Shown here: positions 13,621-25,399 of the stretch, one piece after another
How the letters are laid out: the number at the start of each line of letters is the position of its first letter
How positions within the stretch are numbered: position 1 is the first letter of the stretch
Assembly: GCF_033153115.1 (NCBI RefSeq)
Contig: NW_026889805.1
Coordinates: forward strand, 16,616,001-16,680,000
Source: Saccostrea echinata
Lineage: Eukaryota
Length of the DNA: 64,000 bases
Reading direction: 5' to 3'
Notes under the pieces: model-generated
Told to the model about the DNA's origin: nothing
The model's input: only the letters and a program-made list of their open reading frames with translations
Database searches by the model: none
Program-made: the position numbers and the translations under genes

Positions 13621-13921
13621 TCGGAACTAGCGGGATACCTGCCCATATCTGTCCACTTCCAACATGGGGGTGGATTGGAGCTGGGTCCTTTCACGCAAGA
13701 AGTAATAACAAACACCATGAGCAACGCTTACTTCGTAACCTCCCTGGATTTTCGCGTCTAGGGTCAGTTCTCGGTTCTTGGGCCCTTGCCACAGCAACCC
13801 CGCTGTCGCTTTTGAGCGCCAGGGGTCGGCGAGGATCACCCAGGGACCACAGTACAATCCACATTCACGGATGTTAAATAAAAATACTTCGTGATTGGTG
13901 GTATGTGTTTGTGGTCCTTGG
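13621..13921 (+). ncRNA. Candidate structured Pol II RNA or leader exon, copy 1 (unknown family)
   Basis: GC-rich island; hand-folded hairpins 13642-13685, 13742-13763, 13773-13848 and 13840-13921; AATAAA at 13877 followed by a GT-rich tract; AG|GTAAGT at 13947; 9 substitutions and no indels vs copy 2 over 330 nt. Confidence 0.5.
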
Positions 13922-14305
13922 AATAATTCATCTTGCTTGATTCAAGGTAAGTTTTCAAGATTTGCACGAGCTTATACTCTTCTTGACGATAGGACGTTGC
14001 GTAAAGGTAATGACAATGAACCGGGAAATGTATCGGAGTGTTTCAAAGTATTGATTTAAAGGGTCCCGAGTAATGAGATTATATAGTCAACAAGAAAAAG
14101 TGGTGCTCCTAACAAGGTAAGTAAAGAAATGGAGGTTACGATGGAAGGCCCTGGAATAGTGTTTGTCACTACTCTCTGCGTGAAGCGACAGATGATTGTG
14201 TGTCAAAAGTCTGTTCAAATTTTATTGTCAAAGCCTCACATTCCACCAGATGTTTGTCGTAAATTTTGGGATCTTTATGGTCCACTTGTATAAGATACAA
14301 TTTAA

Positions 14306-14650
14306 AGCAATATGAGCTGCATTTTTGAGAATTTTATTTTGCTGTTATAATAGTAATTATGATAAATTTGTATGCAATTTAAACATTTTTTATCAATTAG
14401 CAGAAATAAAGTATCAAATTGTTTCAGAATATAGGATTCTGTACAATCAAATATATAGTATTATATAAGAAATCAATATTGTACAGGACGACAATAATGT
14501 AATTTCGCTTCAATCAAAGCTTATAAATACTTCATCCATCACAAATATGAACAACAGAAGTTTATAAACGTTCTTTTTTCTGTCATTGAAATAGTTAATT
14601 ACAATTTTGCAACAAAAATTTCTGACATCAAAGTTGCAGCTCATATTGCT
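14306..14650. mobile_element. Kolobok-like MITE, TTAA TSD
   Basis: ttaa|agcaatatgagctgca...tgcagctcatattgct|ttaa; empty TTAA site in copy 2 at 59256-59259. Confidence 0.85.
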
Positions 14651-14841
14651 TTAACGAATGTATTGCCTTTTACGACAAATATCTATGAGGTACCTGTAAT
14701 TGATGAGAAAATTCTGAACAGTCGTTTGACTCGCAATATTTGCGGTATGCTACAAGGAGCATGTCGACCATAGGAAAATTGCAGTGGGAAAACGTGCTAA
14801 AAATTAAATAAAATGCAAGTTAGTATTTGTATGTGTGTTAT

Positions 14842-15127
14842 TGTTTGTTGTTTAACGTCCCCCTCGAGAATTTTTCACTCATATGGAGACGCCATCACTT
14901 GTCGGTGGAGAGCTGCAAATTTTGATCTATACTCGGCACTCGGGGCCATTTAGCAGTTAGGGATCTTTTTCATGCCCGCACCTACTGCAACACTGGACCT
15001 CGGTTTATACGGTCTTATCCGAAGTCTCCACGTCCCACAGTGGGATTCGAACCCGCGAAGTAAGGATCAACTCCTTACTCCGCTACTCTAGAGCGAACGC
15101 TCTAATCACTGTGCCACGCGGGCGACC
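14842..15127 (-). mobile_element. tRNA-derived SINE (same family as 11092)
   Basis: Reverse-complement homologue of 11092-11394; TSD tgttattgtt; absent from copy 2. Confidence 0.85.
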
Positions 15128-16029
15128 CTTGTTATTGTTGCTTTACTGAGACTTTTTGGAATTTAAGAAAATGAGTTCAAATAAACACTTGCAAGAGTTA
15201 TTTTCCTTTGTCGCGAAATATCCATTTTTCTGTAAAAAGAAGATGAGAGAACAAGGCGAGCAAAATGTCTTATGGTGTAACAACATTAAATTTCAATTAT
15301 ATAAAAAATTCCTTTTAAATTTCATGCAATATTAAAACATTCTTCATGTAAAATCTCCACAATTTGCAAAAATGTTATAAAGGTTGAAATGATTTGTCTA
15401 TGAAATAGCATACTCACACCAAAGAGGGCAGAAGGGATTATTTTCTCATACGATTTGGTCTTCGCTCCATTTTTTTTTAAATTTCATGCTCAAAGTATGC
15501 GTAAAAATTTAGTCAAGGATCATAGCACAAACATGATTTAAATACCATGTTTCGTCAGTTGTGTAGCGTACTGGTTAGCTTATTAGTCTCAAAAGAAAAT
15601 GATACTCTGGATTTTTATTGCTAGGGGTTTGAACCCTAAGAATGCTACAATATTTTTTAAATAATAGAATTTTTGACGAAAAAGCTTTCCGCAGATAATT
15701 TCATAAATTTTGGTTAGAACTTTAAAATTTTAATTCACAAATAGAATATGATTTTAATATATATCTGAAGCTATAGGCATTCTGTACGCCTTGTTCACCC
15801 ACCTTCTTTCAAATATTTAAACGTATTTTGGTAATTTTATACTATACCTTAAATTATGGAATAACAATTAAAGAAAACATAATGAACATACACATTTGGA
15901 TTTTATTTATCTGATACTGTCCCATACAGTTGGTTATATTATAGAGGGGAAACAGTCCTTTCGCCGGATAACCATAGACTGACCCCGGAAAGGGAAAAGC
16001 TCTTGTGATTGTGAACGTCGTCTAAAAAA

Positions 16030-16850
16030 CTTTTTATTCTGAAAACTGTAGGTGGTGACATCCCAAAATAATCAATGTACCCTATTAGCATATTTCATGT
16101 ATATTGCATAGAAATGACTATGTTATATAACGAATAGCATTTTCCCAATCAATGATCAAAAATCAAAGTACCATCCACATCTTTGACATATGTACAACTG
16201 ATCTGTACAAAAAACATTATCTTGAAAACTGTAGGAGGGGTTATCCGGAGGTACCCTATCTGCAATATTTTGCACAAAAATAAATAAATAAATAAATAAA
16301 TGACTACAGTGTAAGTTCAACAGCTAGTATATTTTCTCATAAATTATCAAAATCCAAGCAGTACATATATTCACCTCTGATATATGAACAATTGATTGCT
16401 AAATAAAAAAGTTCTTATCTTGAAAGCTGTTAGAGGAGTTATCCGGACAAATGGAATACCCCGTATGCAATATTTTGCAAAAAAGACTAAGTTCAACAGC
16501 TGGTATTTTTTTTTCGCATAAATTATATTTTAAAAAGTAAGAATCCAATTACTTTGCACATTTCGGACATATGTACCATCAATCTGCAAAATAAGAATCT
16601 TCTATCTTGAAAACCTTAGGAGAAGTTATCCGAACAAATGAGGTACCGTATATGCAATATTTGGAAAAAAGGCCCTGTTCACCAGCTGGTATCTTTCTTA
16701 TAAATTAGCAAAATTCAAAATCCAAGCAGTATGCACATCTCTGAAATTTGTACAATTAAACTGCAATATAAAAATATTCCTATCTTGAACACTAGGAGAA
16801 GTTTCATCATTTCAATAACCGGATTTGTCCTACCAAAAACCCGGTTAAAA
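16030..16850 (+). repeat. ~180-bp tandem repeats (HINE-like)
   Basis: tcttgaaaactgtaggagg(a)gttatccggac recurs near 16040, 16220, 16420, 16605 and 16785; ends in an aaccgg..ccggtt hairpin. Confidence 0.7.
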
Positions 16851-16904
16851 AGGTACAACTTCAAATTTAAAATATATGCTATGAAATTAAGAGCAATAGG
16901 TCAA

Positions 16905-17880
16905 TAACAAGTCAGGCCAAATACTAATCTGGATCTCTATCAGATCTCAATATCATTGGTACCAAATTTGATGTCTGTCAAGCAAAGGGTTCCCAATCTA
17001 TTGAGTGGTAAATATACATGTGTTGTATTTCTATATCCAGTTTGACCTTGTGACCTCATATGAAATAAAGGTCATCTACTCCTTGAGAGGAACCAGTGTA
17101 CCGTCCAAGTTTGAGGTCTGTTAAGCAAGGGGTTCTCAAAATATTGAGCGATCAACATCTTCCTTTGTCAAATTGACCTTGTGACGTCATAATCTACAGA
17201 GGTCATCTACTCCTAAAGGGGAACAAATGTACTAAGTTGAATGTCAAGTGAATTGGTTTAGATATTGAAGGGGCAATATTTTCCTATGTCAAGAGTAGTT
17301 TGATCTTTGACATTGTGATCTCAAAATCAATAAGGATCATCTACTATTCAGGAGGTACCAGTATACCAAGTTTCATTTTTATCATACAAAGAGGGTTCTC
17401 AAAATATTGAGCGGTTAATATATTTTCTGTGTCTAGTTTGTCCTTGTTACCTAAAAATCTAAAATGGTCATGTACTTCTCAATGGGAAGCAGTGAACACA
17501 GTTTGACATCTCTAAAGCAAAGGGTTCTCAAAATATTGATCGGGCAATATCATCCTACACTGTATACATGTTCTGTTTGATCCTTGGCCTTGTGACATTA
17601 AGATCATTAGGGGTCTACTCCTTAAGGGGAACCAATGTACTAAGTTTGAAGTACATCAAATAAATGGTTCTCGAAATAATGAAGGGACAATATCTTCCTA
17701 TGTCTAGGGTGGGTGACCTCAAAATTAATAGAGGTCATCTATCAAGGGGTACCAGTGTACGAAGTTTGATGACTGACAAGCAAAATATTCTGAAGATATT
17801 GAGCACTGGCATATTCCGACCGACAGTTGCAAAGCAATACCCCCCACCCCCATTTTTTTAAAGGAGTGGGGGTTAAATAC
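16905..17880 (+). mobile_element. HINE-type element with ~125-bp diverged tandem units
   Basis: Repeated tgaccttgtgacct..ggtcatctact..gtaccaagttt; 3' ccccc..ggggg hairpin. Confidence 0.65.
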
Positions 17881-18119
17881 CTTAATCGAAAGCACGAAAC
17901 CATCCCCTTTTTAATAAGTACTTTAAGATATAATAAGTTAAACGAATCTGCACTGACATGTTTATGACTATTTTGGTTTAACAATGTTATAACTGTAGCT
18001 CTCTGGTTGAGAACATTCGGACAGATAAACCGGAGAGCTACAGATCCAAGCGTTGTAAAAACCACCGCTTTTTAGTCGCTCGCTTCGGGTATTATTTCTT
18101 GAATTTTATGCGTTCACCC

Positions 18120-18645
18120 GCTTCAAGAATGATATCCGATAAGTAATAAATATATTTTATAATGACTTTAAACGAGACTATTGATATCCTAGTTTCATCA
18201 ACTTGTTTGTCAATAGCTAGCCTTGTTTCAGAAATTGTTCATAAGTAGATCATGCTCTTGCGTATCGAATGAAGCGAGAGACATAAACCCCATATGCAGG
18301 TGATAAGGGTATATTGCTGCAAAAGAAAGGAAAGTTGACGATAGAAAAATTGAAGTGATCAAGTTTTGTTATGTTTTCATTGACATCTTTTTCTAGTAAA
18401 ATATCCAAATATGAAGCAGGTGTGTCAGACTCTGAGGTTTAGAACTTGAAAAAATGACGATTTTGATTAATGAAACTTACGCATACTGATCAAAGTGGAT
18501 GTTATGATTTCTTGTGACTTTTAACCCGAATATAAATGAAATATGGAGATAACGAACAGTATTCAAGCACAAGGTCCATTTAAACAATACAAATCGGAAG
18601 CAGAGCAAACACGGGCCTCCAAAAACATCAGAGGTGGGATCATGT
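18120..18645 (-). mobile_element. Penelope-like retroelement RT C-terminal fragment
   Basis: ASYLD..., PAYGVYVS..IRYARA.STYEQFL...LLTNKLMK.GYQ.SRLKS; homologous to 55548-56795. Confidence 0.7.
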
Positions 18646-18653
18646 TATAACAC

Positions 18654-19653
18654 AACAAGCTAATTCAGAGAATTTGTGTCCCCCGCTTAGGGGGTTAGGC
18701 GGTTCGGCCGGGGGGGGGGGGGGCACACTGCCCCCCTGTATTTGTAGAATTATTAAATGTATACATGTATATTGAAGCAAATTAAAAAAAGGCCAATATG
18801 GATATAAAGATTTGATTGCTTATTCTTTAATATGTGTACAGAAGATTCTTCTAATATACTATATACAGAATATTTATAACACTGTAATAATGATTTTAAG
18901 AGTTTGTACACGCCAGACATCACAACTTTTTCATTTCACATGTTGAATAGTATAATTTAGTAGATCCAAAAAAAAAGGAAAAACATTTTAAAAAAAAAAA
19001 AAGAGAGAGAGAATCGTCCGGGGATTGAACCCGGGCCTCTCGCTTGCTTAGCGAGCAACATTCCACGGAGGCACTTCTTTTAAGCAAATTAAACGCAAAC
19101 ATTAAGTCACATATAATGTTTATATTTATGTTTGATATTGTCAAAATTTTACACAACAAATGTTGTCTAATTCAGCCTTTACTTAACAGTTCTAATAGAT
19201 GTAATTAGAATATATAAAGTCCGCCGACAACCTGTATTATACGTAATAACTCTCGACATGCCCCTGTGCTAAAAATAGTGCCAAGCGACTTTTAATACAA
19301 TAAATAAATTTTTAAAAACGGGGCGGGACACTTTGAGAGGGGCAAGAGAGGCCATAGGGAGTTATGGTATAAAATTTCATTGCAAAAGCTCAAAGGATTC
19401 TCGAGATATCGCGCAGAAACGAAAGTGTTAAAACAGACAGAAATTATTAATTTATGACCTTGACCTTTGGACCTCAAAATCAATAGGGTTCTTCTTTGAG
19501 CTATAGGGAGTTGCTATGCAAAATTCCATTGCGAAAGCTCAAAGGGTTCTGTAGATATCGTCGGAAACGAAAGTATTACAGACAGACAGAAATACAGACG
19601 GACAGACAGATCCAAAGTAATATCCCCCACTTTCAGTGAAAGCAAGGGACAAT
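18654..19653 (+). mobile_element. HINE-type element
   Basis: 5' aacaag..tgtccccc; two tandem units near 19360-19580; (gaca)n microsatellite; 3' hairpin region. Confidence 0.55.
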
Positions 19654-19748
19654 AACTTAAAGGGACATACACACAGATTTGCAGTTAACATTTTCTCAAA
19701 TTTTCATGACCTATATATTGCTAAAGTATTTCACACGGAAATATAATA

Positions 19749-21205
19749 AAACTAGAAATATGTCCATAGGACATGAATGCCCCGCCGAGGGTGTATATAG
19801 GGTTTAAGGAAAGATCAAGTGAAAAAATATTGATGCAGTTGAATAGCTTACATCAGTATGTATCAACATATGAAGTTTGACACTAATTTAAGAAAAGTGA
19901 GGCCAAGGTCAAAGGAAAGGTCAAGGTCAAAAGTTGTTGATGCAATTGAACAGGTTACATCAGTATGTATTAGCATATGAAGTTTGATGAAAATATTATG
20001 AATGGTTTCTTTAAAACTGGGCTAAACACTAATTTAAGAAAAGTAAGGTCTAGGTCAAAGGAAAGGTCAAGAACAAAAAATATTTATGCAGTTGAATAGC
20101 TCTCATCAGTATGTATCAGCGTATGAAGTTTGACCCTAATTTAAGAAAAGTGGGGTGAATGTCAAAGAAAAGGTCAAGGTCAAAAATTGTTGATGCAGTT
20201 GAAAAGGTTACATCAGTTTGTATTAGCATAAGACGTTTGATAAAAATATTATGAATGGTTTCTTTAAAACTGAGCTAAACACTAATTTAAGAAAAGTGAG
20301 GTCAAGGTCATAGGAAAGGTCAAGAACAAACATAATTTATGCAGTTGAATAGCTCTCATCAGTATGCATCAGCATATGAAGTTTGACACTAATTTAAGAA
20401 AAGTGAGGTCAAAGGAAAGGTCAAGGTCAAAAAAGTTGATGCAGTTGAATAGCTCTCATCAGTATTTATCAGCATATGAAGTTTGATAACACTATCTTAA
20501 ATGGTATCTTTAAAACTGAGCTAAAAACTTATTTAAGAAAAGTGAGGTCAAGGTCAAACGAAAGATCAAGGTGAAAAATATTGATGTAGTTGAATAGCTC
20601 TCACCAGTATGTATCAGCATATGAACTTTGTTAAAAAAAATCTTGAATGGTTTCATTAAAACTGAGCTTAACACTAATTAAAGAAAAGTGAGGTCAAGGT
20701 CAAAAGAAAGGTCAAGGTCAAAAAATGTTGATGCAGTTGATTAGCTCAGTATGTATCAACGTATGAAGTTTGATTACACTATCTTGAATGGTATCTTTAA
20801 AACTGAGCTAAGCACTAATTTAAGAAAAGTGAGGTCAAGGTCAAAAGAAAGGTCAAGTTCTAAAAATGTTGATGCAGTTGAATAGTTTACATCTGTATGT
20901 ATCAGCATATGAGGTTTGATTACACTATCTTGAATGGTATCTTTAAAACTGAGCTAAGCACTAATTTAAGAAAAGTGAGGTCAAGGTCAAAGGAAAGGTC
21001 AAGGTCAAAAAATGTTGATGCAGTTGCATTCTCTCATCAATATCTATTAGCATATGAAGTTTGATAAAAATATCTTGGATAGTTTCTTTGAAACTGAGCT
21101 TTGAACAGAGCTAAACGCAAAGTGTGACGGAAGGACAGAAGGACGGAAGACGAACATGACAAACACTATATGCCCCGGCCATATTCATTGCGGGGCATAA
21201 AAAAA
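19749..21205 (+). mobile_element. HINE-type element with ~85-120-bp tandem array (ggtcaaggtcaa units)
   Basis: 5' aaactaga..atgccccg; about 11-12 repeats containing ttgatgcagttgaa; (gacg)n; 3' atgccccg..cggggcat palindrome. Confidence 0.8.
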
Positions 21206-23155
21206 ACTTAAGTTTATCTGGAAATTATTGAAACTACGAATTTTGGGACGCGTTTGATTGACACATCCTTGCACTTCTACAAAGTAACCTTTATCCTTAA
21301 TACGTAAGAAATGTAGAAGTTTTGTTGTGTATTAATGAAAAAATTTAAAGATACAATCCAGAAAATTCAGAGTAGAAATGTAAAAAAGCAAAACCAACTT
21401 ATCAGTACTAGTATTGCCAGTCCGTGCTCAGTGATGTGTGCAGAGTTTAACAAATTCAACACACCCGGTGGAACATAAACATCAACAAAAACAGAGCTCG
21501 TGCCCTGTTTACCAAACAGTTCACGTTCCACCGGGTGTGTGTTCAATTTGTACAAATTAATATAATTAATCTATACTTATAAATTAATAAATTTTGCAAA
21601 TAAACTCCGAAACGGGTGCACCAGAGTTCTTACTCACTCCTCTAACAATACATTGTATACAAGATTATGTCCGTAAACTATATTTAGATTTCATTCGCAT
21701 AGTCAGTTTCGTTAATAAAATTAAAAGTCTACTTTTATTTTCTATACACAGCCATGAAATAGCAAAAACGTGAGTACGGTGGCGTTTCCGGTTGGCGGAT
21801 CTAAGATACTGGCAATTTTTAATGAAACTGACAACAAGCAATCATTTATTTATTTCATTAAACGTCATCACTGACTTATTCAATCAAAACTTGATTTCAA
21901 TGATATAAAAGAAATAACTTGTACCGATTAAAGAGGGAAATATGCAAATTATTTTCGTCATTCACCGATCTTAATATTGACGGAAGCTTCTAGAACATCA
22001 TATAGCATCGAGCCCGATGTTAAAAAGAAAAACGAGGTGATCATTTAAAAAAAAAACCTTTTGTATGAATGGTCATTGAAATAATGGTAAGTCATTGATA
22101 GCACTATAAGTTTTGAATATATTTATATATCGAAAGACTATTTCATGAATGTAGTAGGTTTTTCTAATAAATTTATCGGTAAAATTATATATACATGGAT
22201 TCCTTACTGAGAGCATCGTGGCAACCAACCAGAAGTACAATTCGTACTTCGTAATAAACTTGCTAACATGAAAAGAGAAATATTGTTCAAATACAATTAA
22301 AGCTGTGTAAAATGTTGTGCTTTAATCAATACATTTCAGGGTTTTTTTTCCGAATACAGTCTTTTGTATCAAATACTCGGCCTAAAAACTAATTTTTACA
22401 CAGACCCCGTACTTGTGTCTTGGTTTATAAATATGTATGTACCCTATTGATATGTGAAAAAAAGTAAACTACATATTTTACGTATAAATAAGGTACATAC
22501 ATATTTATAAACCAAGACCCAAGTATTTGTGATTTCCCCCACCCCCCGAAAAAAAAAATCATGCAGTTTATCAGTAAAATGTGCACATTCGCTGCTTTTG
22601 ACGGAAATGAAATAAGAGCATCTGAAGTACAATATCCATAACATAGTATAACAGGTTTCACAATAAACGCCAATTAACGAAATTGTTATTTTTCAAGTTT
22701 TTACAGAAAGGGGTGGGGTAGGGGCGGGGGGGGGGGTGGAGACATTCATCTACTTCGTGCGGGATTTTGAACAAAGTATATCTTCCTGCTATAAGCCTGT
22801 AGGCTGTCAGTAGAAACTACAATTATATATTTTCTGTCGTCAGTGGTATAAATTCAATTCCCCGCGCTTGCGCGGGATTTCATCTAGTAAAATTATAATT
22901 TTTACGCTTATTGTGTTACAAGGTACAAAGGAGTGAGCATCCTTTTCAATTCAATTCAATTCTTTATTCACTCAAAACCAGATCACTGGTACAAGAGGAA
23001 CATATACACATCATACAAACAAAAATTACAGTCAAGGGTCAAAAAATAGACAAGTATATAAAGAAAAAAGAGAAGAAAGTAAACATATAATCAGTTATAT
23101 ATATGGAGGATTCAAGAAGGACAGACAGTTTTGAAGATTTTCTTAATAAATTTTG

Positions 23156-25350
23156 ACAATGCATTAATTCATTGAAAAATCTTCTTCTCCGCTCCTGGGT
23201 ATTAAATAAAGTAACTAAGTACGAAGTTATGATGAGCAAGAGTGCCTCTTCCAAAATTGTGAATTTCATGGCCCCAGGGGCATGGGTTCTGGTGTCAGGG
23301 CGAGGCTTTATTGATTATATAGTGAAAATGCATTAATTCATTGAAAATCTTCTTCTCTGCTCCTGGGTATTAAATAAACTAAGTAAGTACATAGTTATGA
23401 TGAGTAAGAGTGCCTCTTCCAAAATTGTGAATTTCATGGCCCCAGGGTCAGGGGTTCTGGTGTAAGGGCAGGGCTCTATTGATTATATAGTGAAAATGCA
23501 TTAATTCTTTGAAAATCTTCTTCTCTGCTCCAGGGTATTAAATACAGTAACTAAGTACGAAGTTATGATGAGCAAGAGTGCCTCTTCAAAAATTGTGAAT
23601 TTCATGGCCCCAGGGGCATGGGTTCTGGTGTCAGGGCGAGGCTTTATTGATTATATAGTGAAAATGCATTAATTCATTGAAAATCTTCTTCTCTGCCCCT
23701 GGGTATTAAATACAGTAACTAAGTACATAGTTATAATGAGTAAGAGTGCCTCTTCCAAAATTATGAATTTCATGGCCCCAGGGGCAGGGGTTCTGGTGTT
23801 AGGGCGGGGCTCTATTGATTATATAGTGAAAATGCATTAATTCTTTGAAAATCTTCTTCTCTGCTCCAGGGTATTAAATAAACTAACTACATGTAAGTAC
23901 ATAGTTATGATCAGCAAGAATTCCTCTTCCAAAATTGTAAATTTCATGGCCCCTGGGTCAGGGGTTCTGGTGTTAGGGTGGGGCTCTATTGATTATATAG
24001 TGAAAATGCATTAATTCTTTGAAAATCTTCTTCTCTACTCCTCGGTATCGTTTAAACAAACTAAGTAAATTGTTATGATAAGCAAGGATGCCTCTTCCAA
24101 AATTGTGAAATTCATGGCCCCGGGGACAGGAGTTCTGGTGCTAGGGCGGGGCTATATAGATCCTATAGTGAAGGTGAATTATTTCTTTGAAAATCTTCTC
24201 TGCCCCTGGGTATTGTTTAAACAAACTGAGTACATTGTTATGATATGCAAGGATGCCTCTTCCAAAATTGTGAATTTTATGACCCCAGGTTTAAGGGTTC
24301 TGGTGGGGGGGGGGGGCTTCTATTGATTATAAAGTGAAAAAGCAAAATTTCTTTGAAAATATTCTTTTCTGCTTCTGGTTAAAAAAGCAAAGAAGCTAAG
24401 TGTATAGTTATGATGAGCAAGAGTGCTTCTTCCAGTGTAGCGAATTTCATGACCCCTGGGTCAGATGTGCTGTTGTGATGGAGGGGCTCTTGATAATATA
24501 GTGAAAATGCATTAATTCTATTCAAAAATCTTGTTTGCTCCTTAGTGTTAAGCAGATAAACAAAGTGATTAGTTATGATGAGCAAACTTATGGTCCCAGG
24601 GTCAGAAGCTCTGGAGTTTTTTTTTTTTTTTGGGGGGGGGGGGGGGGGGCTCTATTGATAATATAGTGAATCTGTAGTAAAAATGCATTATTTCTTTAAA
24701 AATTTTCTCCGCACATGGGCAGATCTGAGGCAAACAGAGTAAAAGTTTTTATAAGGAAGGGAATTTTTACCAGATTTTTGAACATCTGGACCATTTGGTC
24801 AAGTGTTCTGGTCCTGGCCAGGGTTCTATTAGTTTGTATTCTACTGAGAGGAGTTATTCCCCTTTGCCATTTACTTTTGATAATTTATCACTGTAAATAA
24901 AGTACTTGAAAGATAAATAGAATAAGAGAATTATGCAAGAACTTTAATTGTATAATACAAAAAGTACTTTTATAGTTTTAATGATCAGATAGACTTGTAA
25001 GTAGTAGATAAATAAAAATGAGACAAAAATAACTTGTCTTATTAAATGTTTACCAAGGACCAAGAGAGGCCAATGTAAGAGATTTCAACAAGAGATTAAA
25101 ATAGTACAGAAGCATTGATAATTTGTTAATATACTGTATGGTGATAGTGATAAATGGAGAACAGATTAGAACCTAATTTATGAACTGTTAATGAATATTA
25201 AGACCAATTATTTTCTTGATCATGATCACACTATTTTTTTTGCTTTTGTGGCAACAAAGCTTCACCTTTCAGTTCATTTTATACTCTATGGATCCTCTAA
25301 CTTGTTGTATTATACTCGGGTGACCGTCAAGGCCCTTGGGCCTCTTGTTT
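23156..25350 (-). mobile_element. HINE/CvA-like element with ~9 satellite units, 3'-truncated
   Basis: Reverse homologue of 2215-3778, including the ~600-bp unique 5' part; no terminal palindrome. Confidence 0.8.
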
Positions 25351-25399
25351 TCTTAGTCCACAAACATTTGAAGATAGGAATTTCAAAGTCCGTGCCGTC

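Larger units (their letters stand above)
11628..16800 (+). repeat. Segmental duplication copy 1
   Basis: Colinear with 55127-63880 once copy-specific insertions are removed. Confidence 0.9.

Noticed and set aside
13627-13857. 76-aa minus-strand ORF
   Set aside because: Non-ATG start, and the paralogue has an in-frame TAA.
13621-13921. Telomerase RNA, 7SK, snRNA, SRP, RNase P/MRP or H/ACA identity
   Set aside because: No CUAACCCU-type template or diagnostic boxes found; an ACA after the stem at 13849 is insufficient on its own.
14129-14293. 54-aa ORF open in both copies
   Set aside because: Four nonsynonymous vs two synonymous differences and no recognisable motif; consistent with neutrality.
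19810-21100. Regularly spaced repeats resembling a CRISPR array
   Set aside because: The intervening sequences are themselves repeated, there are no unique spacers or cas genes, and the context is a eukaryotic HINE.
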